From NCBI GenBank assembly GCA_963700285.1, contig CAVOXA010000005.1:32001-96000 (forward strand): 64,000 nt of DNA, given 5' to 3'. The notes under the pieces are model-generated. The model had not been told where the DNA came from. It searched no databases and saw only the letters and a program-made list of their open reading frames with translations. The translations under genes and the position numbers were made by a program. Below are positions 19,518 through 30,720 of the stretch, piece by piece; within the stretch, counting starts at the first letter, position 1, and the number at the start of each line of letters is the position of its first letter. This stretch comes from an uncultured Chloroflexia bacterium (GTDB lineage: Bacteria > Chloroflexota > Anaerolineae > JAAYZQ01).

Positions 19518-19940
19518 ATGACCCACACCCACCCAGCCAGGCCCGAGCCACATCAGCAGGACATCGAAATTGAAGCGGCCAACTACCTGTCCACAATCAT
19601 TGCCTCCGTACCGGGCATCATGGCCCAGTCGCTGAGGGCCATGATGGAGTCCTTGCCTCCGGTACAGGTCGTGGGTATGGCTGCCGGCTGTCTCTCCGCG
19701 CTGCAGATGGTACGCGACACCCAGGCTGATCTGGTCGTCATCGATTCCAACCTGCCCATCGAGGATGTCTACATGCTGCTGCAGCAAATGAAGCGTGAGG
19801 GGCTGCCGGCTCGCTCCATCGTGCTGGCGGCAACCCGGAGCCATGCGCAACGAGCGCGCGCCGCGGGCGCGGATATCGTGTTCCGCCGCGAGAGTTCCAC
19901 CAGGCAACTCAGCGCGCTTGTGGCCAATCTCGCGGCTTGA
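19518..19940 (+). CDS. Atypical receiver-domain protein
   Basis: QVVGMA...ADLVVIDSNLP...ARAAGAD REC pattern; lacks the acidic pocket and conserved Lys. Confidence 0.7.
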   Translation: MTHTHPARPEPHQQDIEIEAANYLSTIIASVPGIMAQSLRAMMESLPPVQVVGMAAGCLSALQMVRDTQADLVVIDSNLPIEDVYMLLQQMKREGLPARSIVLAATRSHAQRARAAGADIVFRRESSTRQLSALVANLAA

Positions 19941-19991
19941 GGTCGGCTGGAGGTTTGAGTCAGTGCGGCTGTGACGAGAGGTGGCAAAGCT

Positions 19992-20690
19992 TTGAACATC
20001 AGGATCCTGTTCGTCGAAAAGGATCTGACCACCGCTGATCTACTGGCCCCCAGCCTGCAACGAGCTGGATATCGGGTGACCGTTGCGCATACCTCGCGCC
20101 AGGCATCGGGCCGTGCACGTACCGCACGGCCGGATCTACTCATCATAGATGTGGCGTCGTTTGGCCCAAGGGGGTACAGCGTCAGCGAGGCGATCCGTGC
20201 CCGCCTGGACGGCGTCGCCAGCATCCTGCTCCTGCCCGAGGGACACGAAAGCGTGGGCAGTAGCGCCGAAGCCTTTCTGACGCCTCCTTTCACCTCACGG
20301 CGCCTGCTGTACCGGGTCAAGAATCTGGCCCGCTCCTTGCCCAACCGCGAGATCCGGGCCGGTAGCCTTGCCCTGGACCCTGACGCGCGCACGCTTCGCT
20401 GGGGTGAGACAACCGTACAACTGCGGCCCAAGGAGGTGGACCTGCTGGCTCTGTTTGTGCGCCGTCGAGGCAAGGTCCTCAGCCGCCAGGAGATCATGGA
20501 GAAGGTCTGGGAGACCGACTATCTGGAGGACACCCGCACGCTCAACGTCCACGTGTGCTGGCTCCGCGCCAAGATCGAGGACACACTCGGTGCGCCGCGC
20601 TGCCTGCGGACAGTCCGCGGCGTGGGTTATCGTTTTGATGTGCCGGAACCAGACGCAGACTTGGCTCCAGAAGACACCGCCGGCTCGTGA
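19992..20690 (+). CDS. OmpR/PhoB-family winged-helix regulator with degenerate receiver
   Basis: C-terminal SRQEIMEKVW..DTRTLNVHVCWLRAKIE..TVRGVGYRF; receiver has FVEKD and FLTPPF in place of the canonical DD and KP. Confidence 0.88.
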   Translation: MNIRILFVEKDLTTADLLAPSLQRAGYRVTVAHTSRQASGRARTARPDLLIIDVASFGPRGYSVSEAIRARLDGVASILLLPEGHESVGSSAEAFLTPPFTSRRLLYRVKNLARSLPNREIRAGSLALDPDARTLRWGETTVQLRPKEVDLLALFVRRRGKVLSRQEIMEKVWETDYLEDTRTLNVHVCWLRAKIEDTLGAPRCLRTVRGVGYRFDVPEPDADLAPEDTAGS

Positions 20691-20851
20691 GGATGTCAGG
20701 CACGCAGAAACGAGCTCGTTGCGATACAGCACCATTCGTGGGCCCGGCAAGGCGGGGGTAATCAAGGCGACTATGAACCTTTACGGGTTCGGGACCTTGC
20801 ACTGTTGGCCTCATGCCTGACGTGATAGACTCAATTCTGAAAGGGGACGCC

Positions 20852-21844
20852 ATGACCTCAAGACACAAACGGATTCTTCTGATCGCCGTACCGGCCATTC
20901 TCCTACTGCTGGTCGCGGTCATCGCCGGGACCTACTGGATGATTGGGCCGGCGGTGCGGTGTGAATTGCCTGAACAAGCGACCGCTGAGGCGGGTTGGAC
21001 GGCTCGAACCATCATCTCTGCCGGTCTGGAGCGCTGTTATTCCCTGTATGCTCCACCCACGTACGACTCGTCCCAACCACTGCCCGTTGTTTTTAGCTTC
21101 CACGGCTTCCTGTCGAATCCGGAGAGCCAGGCACTGATCAGCGGCTGGCACAAACTCGCTGACCAGGAGGGCTTTCTGGTGGTTTACCCTCAGGGTCAAA
21201 AGTTCCCCCAGCGGTGGGATTCCGGCGCAACCTGGGGCGATTCGAACGTGGATGACGTCCAGTTCTTTCGCGACATCCTAGATGATCTGTCGTTGGTTGC
21301 CGCAGTGGATCGTTCGCGGGTCTATGTCAACGGCTTTTCGAATGGCGGCGGTATGACGGTCCGCATCGGCTGTGAGGCATCCGACCTGATGGCGGCCATA
21401 GGCACGGTGGCCGCGGCGGTCGTCTCCATGGAGGATTGCAGTCCCTCCCGCTCCGTGCCGGTCATGGCATTTCACGGTACAGCCGACCCCATCGTAAACT
21501 ACGAAGGTGGCGACATGCGCGGCTGGCTGCTGCGCTGGGGGGCAGGCGTCTCGGACGCGCCCACCTACTTTGTGGCCGCCCAGGACTGGGTCGCTACCTG
21601 GGCGGAGAGCAACGGCTGTGATGCCGTGCCGGAGGACATCCCGGCGCAGGGCGACGCGAGCGGCGTGCGCTTCATCGGGTGTGACGAGGATGCTGAGGTG
21701 GTCTTTTATACCATCGATGGCGGGGGACACGCCTGGCCCGGCGGCTGGCCAATCCCCGGCGTGGGCAAGACCAGCCAGGACATCGACGCGACCGAGGAGT
21801 TGTGGAGGTTCTTCCAATCGTATCGCCTGGAAGATCAGCCATAG
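20852..21844 (+). CDS. PHB-depolymerase/LpqC-family esterase (alpha/beta hydrolase), N-terminal anchor
   Basis: PVVFSFHG, GFLVVYPQG, VDDVQF, GFSNGG, FHGTAD and GGGHAWPG. Confidence 0.9.
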   Translation: MTSRHKRILLIAVPAILLLLVAVIAGTYWMIGPAVRCELPEQATAEAGWTARTIISAGLERCYSLYAPPTYDSSQPLPVVFSFHGFLSNPESQALISGWHKLADQEGFLVVYPQGQKFPQRWDSGATWGDSNVDDVQFFRDILDDLSLVAAVDRSRVYVNGFSNGGGMTVRIGCEASDLMAAIGTVAAAVVSMEDCSPSRSVPVMAFHGTADPIVNYEGGDMRGWLLRWGAGVSDAPTYFVAAQDWVATWAESNGCDAVPEDIPAQGDASGVRFIGCDEDAEVVFYTIDGGGHAWPGGWPIPGVGKTSQDIDATEELWRFFQSYRLEDQP

Positions 21845-21902
21845 ACTACTCCCCTCCCACACTCCCACATCGCTCAACGAGGTAGCCTCCTTTTCCTTCT
21901 TG

Positions 21903-21911
21903 TGCTATAAT
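21903..21911 (+). promoter_or_regulatory. Extended -10 promoter of the NarL-type regulator
   Basis: TGCTATAAT about 80 bp upstream of ATG 21990. Confidence 0.5.
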
Positions 21912-21989
21912 CCGCTTGGCTCTTTTCCGTGGCTCAGCTAGAATCCTGTCATGAGGATTTCGTGCATGGTTGTCCGCGAGGTTTGAGAA

Positions 21990-22649
21990 ATGCAAGAGGC
22001 AAGGCTGATCCGGGTGCTGGTGGTGGAGGACCATGCGGTGGTTCGGGAGGGTTTGTGTTCTCTGCTCACCGCCAGGTACGGTGTCCAAGTCGTCGGTCAG
22101 GCCGCCGATGGCTTCGAGGCTGTGGAAAAGGCGGAGGCGCTGAAACCGGACGTGATCCTGATGGACCTGGCCATGCCGCGCATGACAGGACTGGAGGCCA
22201 TCCTGAAGATCCGGGAGAAGGATCCGGATGCCCGCATCCTGGTTCTGACAAGCTTCAGCGAGGACACCAAGGTCTCGGCGGCGATCAGGGCCGGTGCGAT
22301 GGGCTTTCTCCTGAAGGACTCCAGCGTCGATGATCTGGCTCATGCCATCCAGAGTGTGTATCGGGGCAACCTGTCGCTGCCGCAAGGGCTGGCCCAGAGA
22401 ATGATGGCCGGACTCTTTGGCACGGAAGGCGATGCAGCGCCGATGGAGCAACTGACCAGGCGCGAGCTGGATGTGCTCAAGTGCGTGGCACAAGGCATGT
22501 CCAACGCCGAGATCGCCCAAGACCTCTCGATCAGTGTGCCTACCGTGCACTCACACGTGCACAACCTGCTGGACAAGCTGAACCTGACGAGCCGCACCCA
22601 GGCTGCCCTGTATGCGGTCGAGATCGGCCTGGTCACACCCCAGAACTGA
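21990..22649 (+). CDS. NarL/LuxR-family response regulator
   Basis: VEDH, LMDLAMP and LLKD receiver; LTRRELDVL..GMSNAEIA LuxR HTH. Confidence 0.95.
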   Translation: MQEARLIRVLVVEDHAVVREGLCSLLTARYGVQVVGQAADGFEAVEKAEALKPDVILMDLAMPRMTGLEAILKIREKDPDARILVLTSFSEDTKVSAAIRAGAMGFLLKDSSVDDLAHAIQSVYRGNLSLPQGLAQRMMAGLFGTEGDAAPMEQLTRRELDVLKCVAQGMSNAEIAQDLSISVPTVHSHVHNLLDKLNLTSRTQAALYAVEIGLVTPQN

Positions 22650-25600
22650 GTGGATCGTCCAGCTCTACAGCTCTACCAGGTTGAGCCGATGCTGCGATGC
22701 GCGTGCCATCGCCAGGGCGCGGACGAGATCTCCAGCCGGCCGCCCAGCCGCTCGATGCGCTCGCGCATATCGTCGAGACCATATCCAGACGAAACCTGTT
22801 GCGGGTCGAAGCCGCAACCGTCATCGGCGACCCCCAGATCTACCTTGGAAGCGCTTAGCCATAGCCGCACCGTCACCTCCGAGGCTCCGGCGTGCTTGAG
22901 CGTGTTGTTCAAGGCTTCCATGGCCAGGTAGTAGAGCTCTCTTTCCAGGGCCGGGGGCAGTTCCAGGCTCTCCTTCCGCCTGATAGATGATGGTCGCCTT
23001 CATGCCTGCGCGCCGCTCCACGGCGTCGAAGCGCTGCTCAAGGGTCCGGATCAAGCCCTCTTGCTCCAGCACTTCCGGCCGCAACTCGTACAGCAGCAGA
23101 CGCATCTCGCGCAGGGCTTGGAGTGCGGTGCCCTCCAGCCGACTGAGGCTGGTAATCAGCCGCTCGGTATCCCCTTCTTCGGCAGCATCACGCCCTGACC
23201 GGGCAAAGAGGCTCAGGCTGTAGAGCGACTGGGTGACCGAGTCGTGCAGGTCGCGGGCCAATCTCCCCCGCTCCTCCAACGTGACTGCGGCCTCAATGAC
23301 GCTGGCGCAGCCGGTGGTTCTCCACGCTCACGCCAACTTGCTCGGCCAGGGCCAGCAGAAGTGAGCTTTCATCCAGTGAGAACCCGTGAGGAGAGGCCCG
23401 ATAGTAACTAACCCATCCGCCGGGGATCGGCACCCCCAGGTAGGTCGGAAACCCATCCAGGTGGAGTTGGCGGGGCAGCGCGGCCACCCTTTCCTGATCA
23501 GCGATCACAATGGGTTCCCCGATCTGGTCGAGCCGCCGCAAGAATTCACTGTCAACGACAATGGCCAGCAATCGCTGGCGCATCCCGGGAGGCAGGTTGC
23601 CCTGGGCGGCCAGTGTCAGGGTCGTTCTCTCCTGCGTCGAGAAGGTGGATGCACATGGCATCGCAGGAGCCAAGTTCCAGAATGCGGCCGGGGACCGGAT
23701 CCAGCATGTCCGGTAGGTCCTGCGTGCCGATGGCCAAGGTGGTCAGGTCGAAAAAGGTGGCTAGCTCCCGGGTGCGAGCCGCAATGCGTTGGTCCAGGGT
23801 TTCCAGAACCTCTTCCCGCAGCAGGGCGCTACCCAGAATCCCGACAATGACCTCCAACACCTGGAGGTGCCGCCGGAGATCCAGTTCGGAAGAGGCCAGG
23901 CAATGGCAGCCCAGAAAGCCGATCATCTCCTGCCTGGCATAGACCGGTATCACCAGATGGGATCCGCCGACATCCTCGAAGAGGGAGATCTTCGTCCTGG
24001 CGCACGCGAGCAGCCGGAGACATATCTTCAACGCAAAACCGATCCTCGCTCACGTAGCTCCTCGAGCCAACCAGGCAACTTCTGGCAGCGTCCCGCCCTC
24101 GACGCCATCGAAGATTGGCGCCACCCCGGAGGCACACCATTCGTGGACCCTGCGTACCGTCTGGCCGTCACTCTGCAGGTGAACCAGAAAGACCCGGTCG
24201 GCGCCAACGAGTTCGCCGGTCTCGGCCAGTACGTTGGCAATGGCCTGGTCAAAGTCGGTGGCCTGCATCAATCTTGTGGAGATGGTGGCCAGGCCCTGCT
24301 GGACGACCAGTCGCTCTCGGGTCTCGGCTTCGGCCCGCTGACGTTGATCTACCTCACGCTGGAGGCGTTCGACGGCGTCATTGAGCTCGGCTGTCCGCAT
24401 CCTGGACCCGCTGCTCCAACTGGTCGTGGGCTTCCTGCAGGGCGGCTTCGGCCTGCCAGCGCTGCAGCGCGCTGCCGATCATCTGGGACGCTGTGCGCAG
24501 CACCGTGATCTCCTGTGCGTCCCATTCCCGAGCCGTCTGGCAGTCGTCAAAGCCGACGTAGCCCCACCACTCGTCGCCAAAGTGGATGGGGAAGAACTGT
24601 ACCGACAGGATCGACTGCTCCAGCAGGCTCTTGCGCAGGTCGGGCGTGGAGGCAAAGAGCTCCACGGTTGGCCCACCGCGGGGTTGGCCCGCCTCTAGTG
24701 TCCTGCGATTCTGCTGCGGTGCCAATGACCAGGGCCGTTTTTGGTGGAGGGGGTCGTCAAGATGGCTTGGCAAGCCAGGCACGACCGCCTCGGCCACGAT
24801 GCGGGTGCAGAAACCCGCCTCGGGATCGTGAAAGTTCCGGTAGACATAGGCCCGGCTGGCCTGCACGGCTTCCAGTAGATAGGCGAGCGTTTCGTTCAGC
24901 AGACCTCTGTTCAAGAACTGAGGGTCAACTGCCTTGAGCAGTACTTGCGACGAGGCGGCCAGGGCTTGTTCGTGCCGCACCCGTCGCTCCAGAGCTTGTT
25001 CTGCTCGCTTGCGGGCCGTGATATCCTGCTTGACCGCCACAAAGTGGGTGATTGTACCCAATCTGTCCCGCACGGGCGAGATGATGGCCGATTCCCAGTA
25101 GTAATGCCCATCCTTTCTCTTGTTGAGTAGCTCCCCCTCCCACACCTGGCCGCGGGTGATGGTCTGCCATAGCTCTGTGTAGACCTCTGGGGGCATCTGC
25201 CCCGACTTGAGGATGCGGGGGTTCTGCCCCATCGCCTCCTGGGCCGTATGGCCGGTGATGCGCGTAAAGGCAGGGTTCACAAACTCGATGCGGCCCTCCA
25301 GGTCTGTGACGAGAATCGTGCTGTCACTCTGCTCGACAGCCCTCGAGAGCTTCCGCAACTGCTCTTCAGCTTCTGTACGCTGGGTGATATCCGTAGAGAT
25401 TCCGCCGATCCGGTAGCCTTTTTCGGTCCTGATCGGAAACAGCCGTTGCTCCACATTCCGGATCGCCCCATCGGTGCGCCGGTAGACGGCTTGAAGGGTC
25501 TCGTCCAGCCAGGGGGCTTCTCCCGTATGCAGAGCTCCCACCATCCCGGCTTTCAACCGCTCGTACGTTTCGGCTGTTCTATGTTCATTTGTGACGAGCC

Positions 25601-28600
25601 GGAATTGGACATCCCAGGCAGGAACGCCCAGCACCTCCTGGCGTGTCAGCCCCGCGATCGCCTCCAGGCTAGAGTTCCACTCGATGACGGCGCCTCCCTC
25701 GTCGACCACGAATATGCCATCGGCAGACTGCTCGACGAAGCCACGAAACTTGGCCTCGCTCTGTTGAAGGGCCAGCAAGGCTTGCACCCTCTCGGTGATA
25801 TTCTCGTGAGCGATCGCCACCTGGACGCCTTGAGGGCTCTCAAAGCGGGTCACCCGCATCTCAAACCATCGCTCTTCCCCCGGGCTGTGGCAGGGATACT
25901 GCAGCCAGAACTGGGGACGTTGGCCAGCCATCACCTCGCGGAGCCCCGCGACTACGTCCTGTGCGGTCTGGGCTTCCGCCCCTACTGCCGCCTCGGTTGC
26001 CACCAGGTAGTTGCGGCCTACGCCATCGTCCTCCCAGGCCAGGCTGTTCTGCTTAGCAAAGCGACGCCACGAGGCATTGACGGTCACAATCGTTCCCTCG
26101 CTGTCCAGGATAGCGATATGGGCCGACAGGGAATCGAGTGCGGCCTGCAGGAACTCCTGGGACTGGCGCAAGGCGTCTTCGGCCCGCTTGCGCTCGGTGA
26201 TGTCGCGGATCGCAGCCACCCGGACAGGACGTCCCTGGTAGGGAATCACCCTGACGCGGACTTCGGAGTCAAAGACCGAACCATCCTTGCGCACGCCTTT
26301 CGATTCATAGGGCGTTTCATCTCCCAAGGCAACGTACCCGGCAACCTTGTCGTGAGCTTCGGGGGGGAAGAGCATGTAGACACTCTGCCCGACCAGTTCA
26401 GCCTGGTCGTAGCCGAACAGTTCTAGGGCTGCCTCGTTCGCCTGGAGGATGGTTCCCTGATCGTGGATGACCACCGCCTCGAAGGCTGATCGGAAAACAA
26501 GGTGCCACCAGGGCTGGCTGACGGTAACCCGGATCGACGTCCCGTCCTCATTCCACAAGCCGTCATCATTGGCGGCTTTGACCCGAAAGGTGTAGGTTCC
26601 GGGCGGCACGTTGGTGTACACCGCCTTGCGGTCCCGGGCATCGGTATAGATCCAGTCCCGATCAAAGCCCTCCAGTTGGTAGGCAAAGCGGTTCTTGTGG
26701 GGCTGGCGGTAGTTGAGGGCCGAGAACTCGAAGGCAAAGATATAGTCCTCAGGAGCCAGCTCGATCTGCTCAGCGAAGTTGATGTGCTCCTTGAGCGGTC
26801 CCGACTCGCTGATTGGCACCGGCTGGTTGCCCAGCAGAAAGTCGGTCAGTACCACGGGCGGCAGGTAGGGGTTCTCCTGGATGTCGCCAGGATGAAAGAC
26901 ATTGAAGCCGTTGATGCCGCCAAAGTAGAGCCTGCCCAGCCGGTCCTTGTAGAACGCCCCATCGGCGAACTCGTTGGCCTGTACACCGTCGTGCACATCA
27001 TAGTGGGTGAAGCGCTCTGTGGTGGGATCGAAGCGGTTGATGCCCCGGTTGGTGCTCAACCACAAACACCCGTGATCGTCGACCAGCACGCCGTACACGA
27101 CGTCGTTGCTCAGCCCATCCTTCTCCCGGTAGGCCGTGAACCGTCCGGTCTCTGGGTCGAAGCGATTGAGCCCTCCCCGGGTTCCGATCCATAGATGGCC
27201 CTGCGCATCCTCGGCAATGCAGGTGACATAGTCATGACTGAGGCTGTAAGGATCTCCCTTGCAGTGCCGATAGCGGATGAACCTTGACTCATCCCCAGGC
27301 GCGAATCTGTTGAGCCCGCCATTGGTTCCGATCCACACGCGGCCTGCAGCATCGGTATGGATGGCCCGGACCAAGTCGTGGCTGATGCTGTCCGGGTCAT
27401 TCTCGTCGTGCAGATACCGGACGAATCCCTGAGCCGCATCCGCCCGGTTTAATCTGTTGAGGCCGCCATACGTGCCAATCCATAGGTTCCCCTTGCCGTC
27501 CTCGGCAAGCGCCAGGATGAGATTGTGACTGAGACTGGAAGGGTCGTCTTGTTTGTGCCGATAGCGGACAAAGGTTGGAGGCGAATCCGGGTCGTCGCCC
27601 GGTACCAGCCTGTGCAGCCCAGCACCGGTGCCAATCCACAATCGACCCTGAGCATCCTCACAAAGGGCCAAGACAGCGTTGTCGCCCAAGGGCTGCGAGC
27701 GATTCGCGTCGGGCAGAGCCCGTCCAGTCACCCAGACTGTGCGGATCGTCCTCGCGGTGGCCAAAGTGAACAAACCCGGCCATCGCCTCGTCCGTCGTGC
27801 TCCTGTTCAGCCCGCCACCATAGGTGCCGATCCACAGAAAGCCCTGAACGTCCTCCAGGAATGCAGTGACCGCATTGCTGCTCAGCGCACCCGGCGTCTT
27901 TTGCTCTCTGCGAAAGTGACCGAACGCCCGGGTGCTTCTGTCGAACTTGTTGAGCCCCACCGAGTGCCGATCCACAGGATGCCCTGGGCATCCTCTGCCA
28001 GGGACAGGATCTCGCTGTAACTCAGACTGGCAGGATCGCCTTCCTCGTGGTAGTGCCTGGCGGAATCGCTTCGTTGGTCTGTCGAGCTCGTTGAGCCCAC
28101 GTCCGGTGCCCACCCACAGCGTGCCTGCGGCGTCCTCAAGCAGCGTTGTGACATAGTCGTGGCTCAAGCTATGGGGATTGCCACCCTCATGCTGGTACCG
28201 GACGAACGAGGGTAACTGAGCTGCGGTGTCCAGCGCGTTCAGGCCGCCTGTCTCTGTCCCAATCCACAAGACCCCCTGGGCATCCTCACAAAGGGCAGTG
28301 ACATTGTTGCTGCTCAGGCTGTGCGAGTCTTCCCTTCTGTGCCGGTATCGTGCGAATTCCCCGGTCTCCCGGTCGAGTCGGGCGAGCCCTCCCCCATGCG
28401 TCCCGACCCACAGGGCACCGCGAGCATCCTCCAGGAGGGCCATGACGGTGTTGCTGCCCAGGCTGTGCGGATCTTCTGGATCATGCTGGTAGGCGGTCGA
28501 AGCGTCCAGTCCGCCGATCGAGCCGGTAGAGGCCCTGTCCCACCGTCCCAATCCACAGCATGCCTTGAGAATCCTCAAGAATCGCTCGGACCATGACCCG

Positions 28601-28941
28601 ATCCAGGCCAGGTGGATCCTCTTGATTCGACCGGTAGGGGGTGAACACCTCGGACCTTTTGTCAAATCGCACCAGTCCCCGATCCGTGCCCAGCCACAGA
28701 TCGCCTTCAGAGTCTTCCAGGATGGCATAGATCACGTTGGTGCTGAGGCTGGTCGGGTCGGTTGGGTCGTGGCGATAGACGGTGAATGTATACCCATCGT
28801 ATTTGTTGAGTCCGTCCTGCGTGCCGATCCACAGGAACCCCTGGCTGTTCTGTAGAACCGAATACACGCAGCCTTGAGATAGCCCATCCTGCGAGCCCCA
28901 AACGCTCAAAGCGGGTGACATTGCCTTCTACACGTTCGCAC
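22633..28941 (-). CDS. Very large sensor kinase: Reg_prop beta-propeller repeats + Y_Y_Y + 4 PAS + 3 GAF + HisKA_3 + HATPase; multiple frameshifts
   Basis: Repeated SLS.N.V.A..ED..G.LWIGT..GL; AVYTNVPPGTYTFRVKAAN (Y_Y_Y); four PAS ending (D/N)IT.R; EERGRLARDLHDSVTQ; EALNNTLKHA, DDGCGF, GYGL; pieces in ORFs 28481-28921, 27658-28728, 24378-27773, 24050-24400, 23552-24031, 23293-23673, 22821-23279, 22673-22921. Confidence 0.85.
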
Positions 28942-29006
28942 TTTGGTTGCCTCCTAGCAAGCAGCGCCGGAACCGCACATCCGAGAGGCGGTTCGCTGAC
29001 CCTGCC

Positions 29007-29036
29007 ATTATAGCACGTCGAGCTGTGTGGGGTCAA
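29007..29036 (-). promoter_or_regulatory. Sigma70-type promoter of the propeller kinase
   Basis: Minus strand TTGACC-18bp-TATAAT with TG extension; AGGAGG then GTG at 28941. Confidence 0.6.
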
Positions 29037-29179
29037 CTGCGATCTGGGGTCGCAAAGGCGCCGGTTGGACCCTTGAATCGCTACGGCGAGCCAGGCGCCG
29101 GCGGAGAATGGTCCTTGTACAGGCGTGGTGCGCCCTGAAATACTGGCAACGACGGCTTGGGCATCCAGGAGTCACAGAC

Positions 29180-29238
29180 TTGACATCCTCTGCGGCACAT
29201 GATAGAATCCTGCGCCTGTACTAAACGACCGTTCAGTC
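29180..29238 (+). promoter_or_regulatory. Sigma70 promoter plus probable TetR operator
   Basis: TTGACA(29180)-17bp-TAGAAT(29203); downstream imperfect palindrome ACTAAACGACCGTTCAGT. Confidence 0.7.
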
Positions 29239-29298
29239 AGGCTGACGGCCCAGCTTGGCTGGGTTGACCTGTTCCCGTGAGAGGCAGAGGAGGCCAAG

Positions 29299-29887
29299 AT
29301 GGTGACAAGCGACCAGGCCGCAGGACGACAATGCATCCTGGAGCAAGCACAACAGCTCTTTTTCGCGCATGGTTATCATGGCGTGTCCATCCGCGATATC
29401 GTCCAGGCCTGCGGGCTGTCCAACGCGGCGCTCTACTATCACTTTGGGAGCAAGCAGAATCTCTACGTAGAGGTGATCAGAGGGTTTGTGGCCAGCGTGG
29501 TCCAGCCGGTGCAGGAGGCGGAAGCGGGCAGCGGCTCCAGCCGTGAGCGACTGACCAGAATGGTTCTGGCGTTCGCCCGGTTTAGCTCCGAGTCACGGAG
29601 CGAGCTTCACACGCTGCTGCGTGACCTCACAGCGTGTGAGGGCGAGGAGATCCAGCAGTTGATCCCCGAGGTGACAGGGCAGGTCCTGTCCCCGTTTGCC
29701 GCGGTCCTGGAGGATGGCATCGCCGCCGGCGAGATACGAGCGGTGGATGTGCATCGTACCAGCTTCTTGCTGATGGGCATGCTCAACTCCCTGGCCGCTC
29801 GCCGCATGCATGGACCTGTGGCCGAGACCACTGGCAGAGGACGTGGATCTGGCAATCAGCACACTATTTGAAGGGATTGGCACATAG
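29299..29887 (+). CDS. TetR/AcrR-family transcriptional regulator (frameshift near 3' end)
   Basis: ILEQAQQLF..GYHGVSIRDI...GLSNAALYYHFGSK; alternative frame continues LAEDVDLAISTLFEGIGT* to 29887. Confidence 0.9.
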
Positions 29888-30720
29888 ATGGTAGCGCGCA
29901 GAACAGGGTTTGAGGCAAGGCGATGCCGGCACGATACTCAAGCCGTCATCGGAACCGATCATCCAGTTGCGGGACCTGGTCAAGGTCTACGAAACCGGAG
30001 CAGGTGGTTTCACGGCCATAAACGGCATCAACCTGGATATCCACAGGGGAGAGTTCCTGGGGGTCATCGGCAAGTCGGGCGCCGGCAAGACCACGCTGCT
30101 CAACCTGATCTCCGGCGTCAGCGAGATCACCTCGGGTGAGGTGCTCTTTTACGCGGCGTCGATTCCGACGCGCGCGACAATGGCCAGCGAGCAGCGCAGC
30201 GAAAGGCCATCTCGGTGCACGGCATGAACGAGAACGAGCTGGCCGTGTGGCGCGGCAACAACATGGGGATCGTGTACCAGTCCTTCGAGTTGATGCCTCA
30301 ACTGAACCTGGTGCAAGAACATCATGCTGCCCCAGGACTTTTCTGGGCACCTACCGGCCCAGAATCAGCCAGGAGCACGCGCTGGAGCTGCTGGACAGGG
30401 TCGAACTGACCGAACACGCCTACAAGCTGCCGGCGCATACCTCCGGCGGCCAGAAGCAGCGCATCGCCATTGCCCGGGCCCTGGTCAACGACCCGCCGGT
30501 GATCATTGCCGACGAGCCGACCGGCAATCTGGACACGGTGACCACCGAGACGATTTTCCGGATCTTTGAGGCCCTGGTGGCACAGGGCAAGACCATCATT
30601 CTGGTCACGCACGACAACAGCCTGGCCGCTCGCTTTTCGCGGCGGGTGTACATCTCCGATGGCAAGGTTGTGGACAGCTACGACCAGAGCACGTTTTGCG
30701 GCAGAGAGAGAACCCGGTGA
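29888..30720 (+). CDS. ABC transporter ATP-binding protein (LolD/MacB type), frameshifted
   Basis: [28 protein letters not shown] and LVTHD spread over three frames. Confidence 0.85.

Noticed and set aside
27100-28800. Periodic repeats that could suggest a CRISPR or tandem array
   Set aside because: They are degenerate protein-coding beta-propeller blades (WIGT..GL), not identical repeats with spacers; no cas genes in the window
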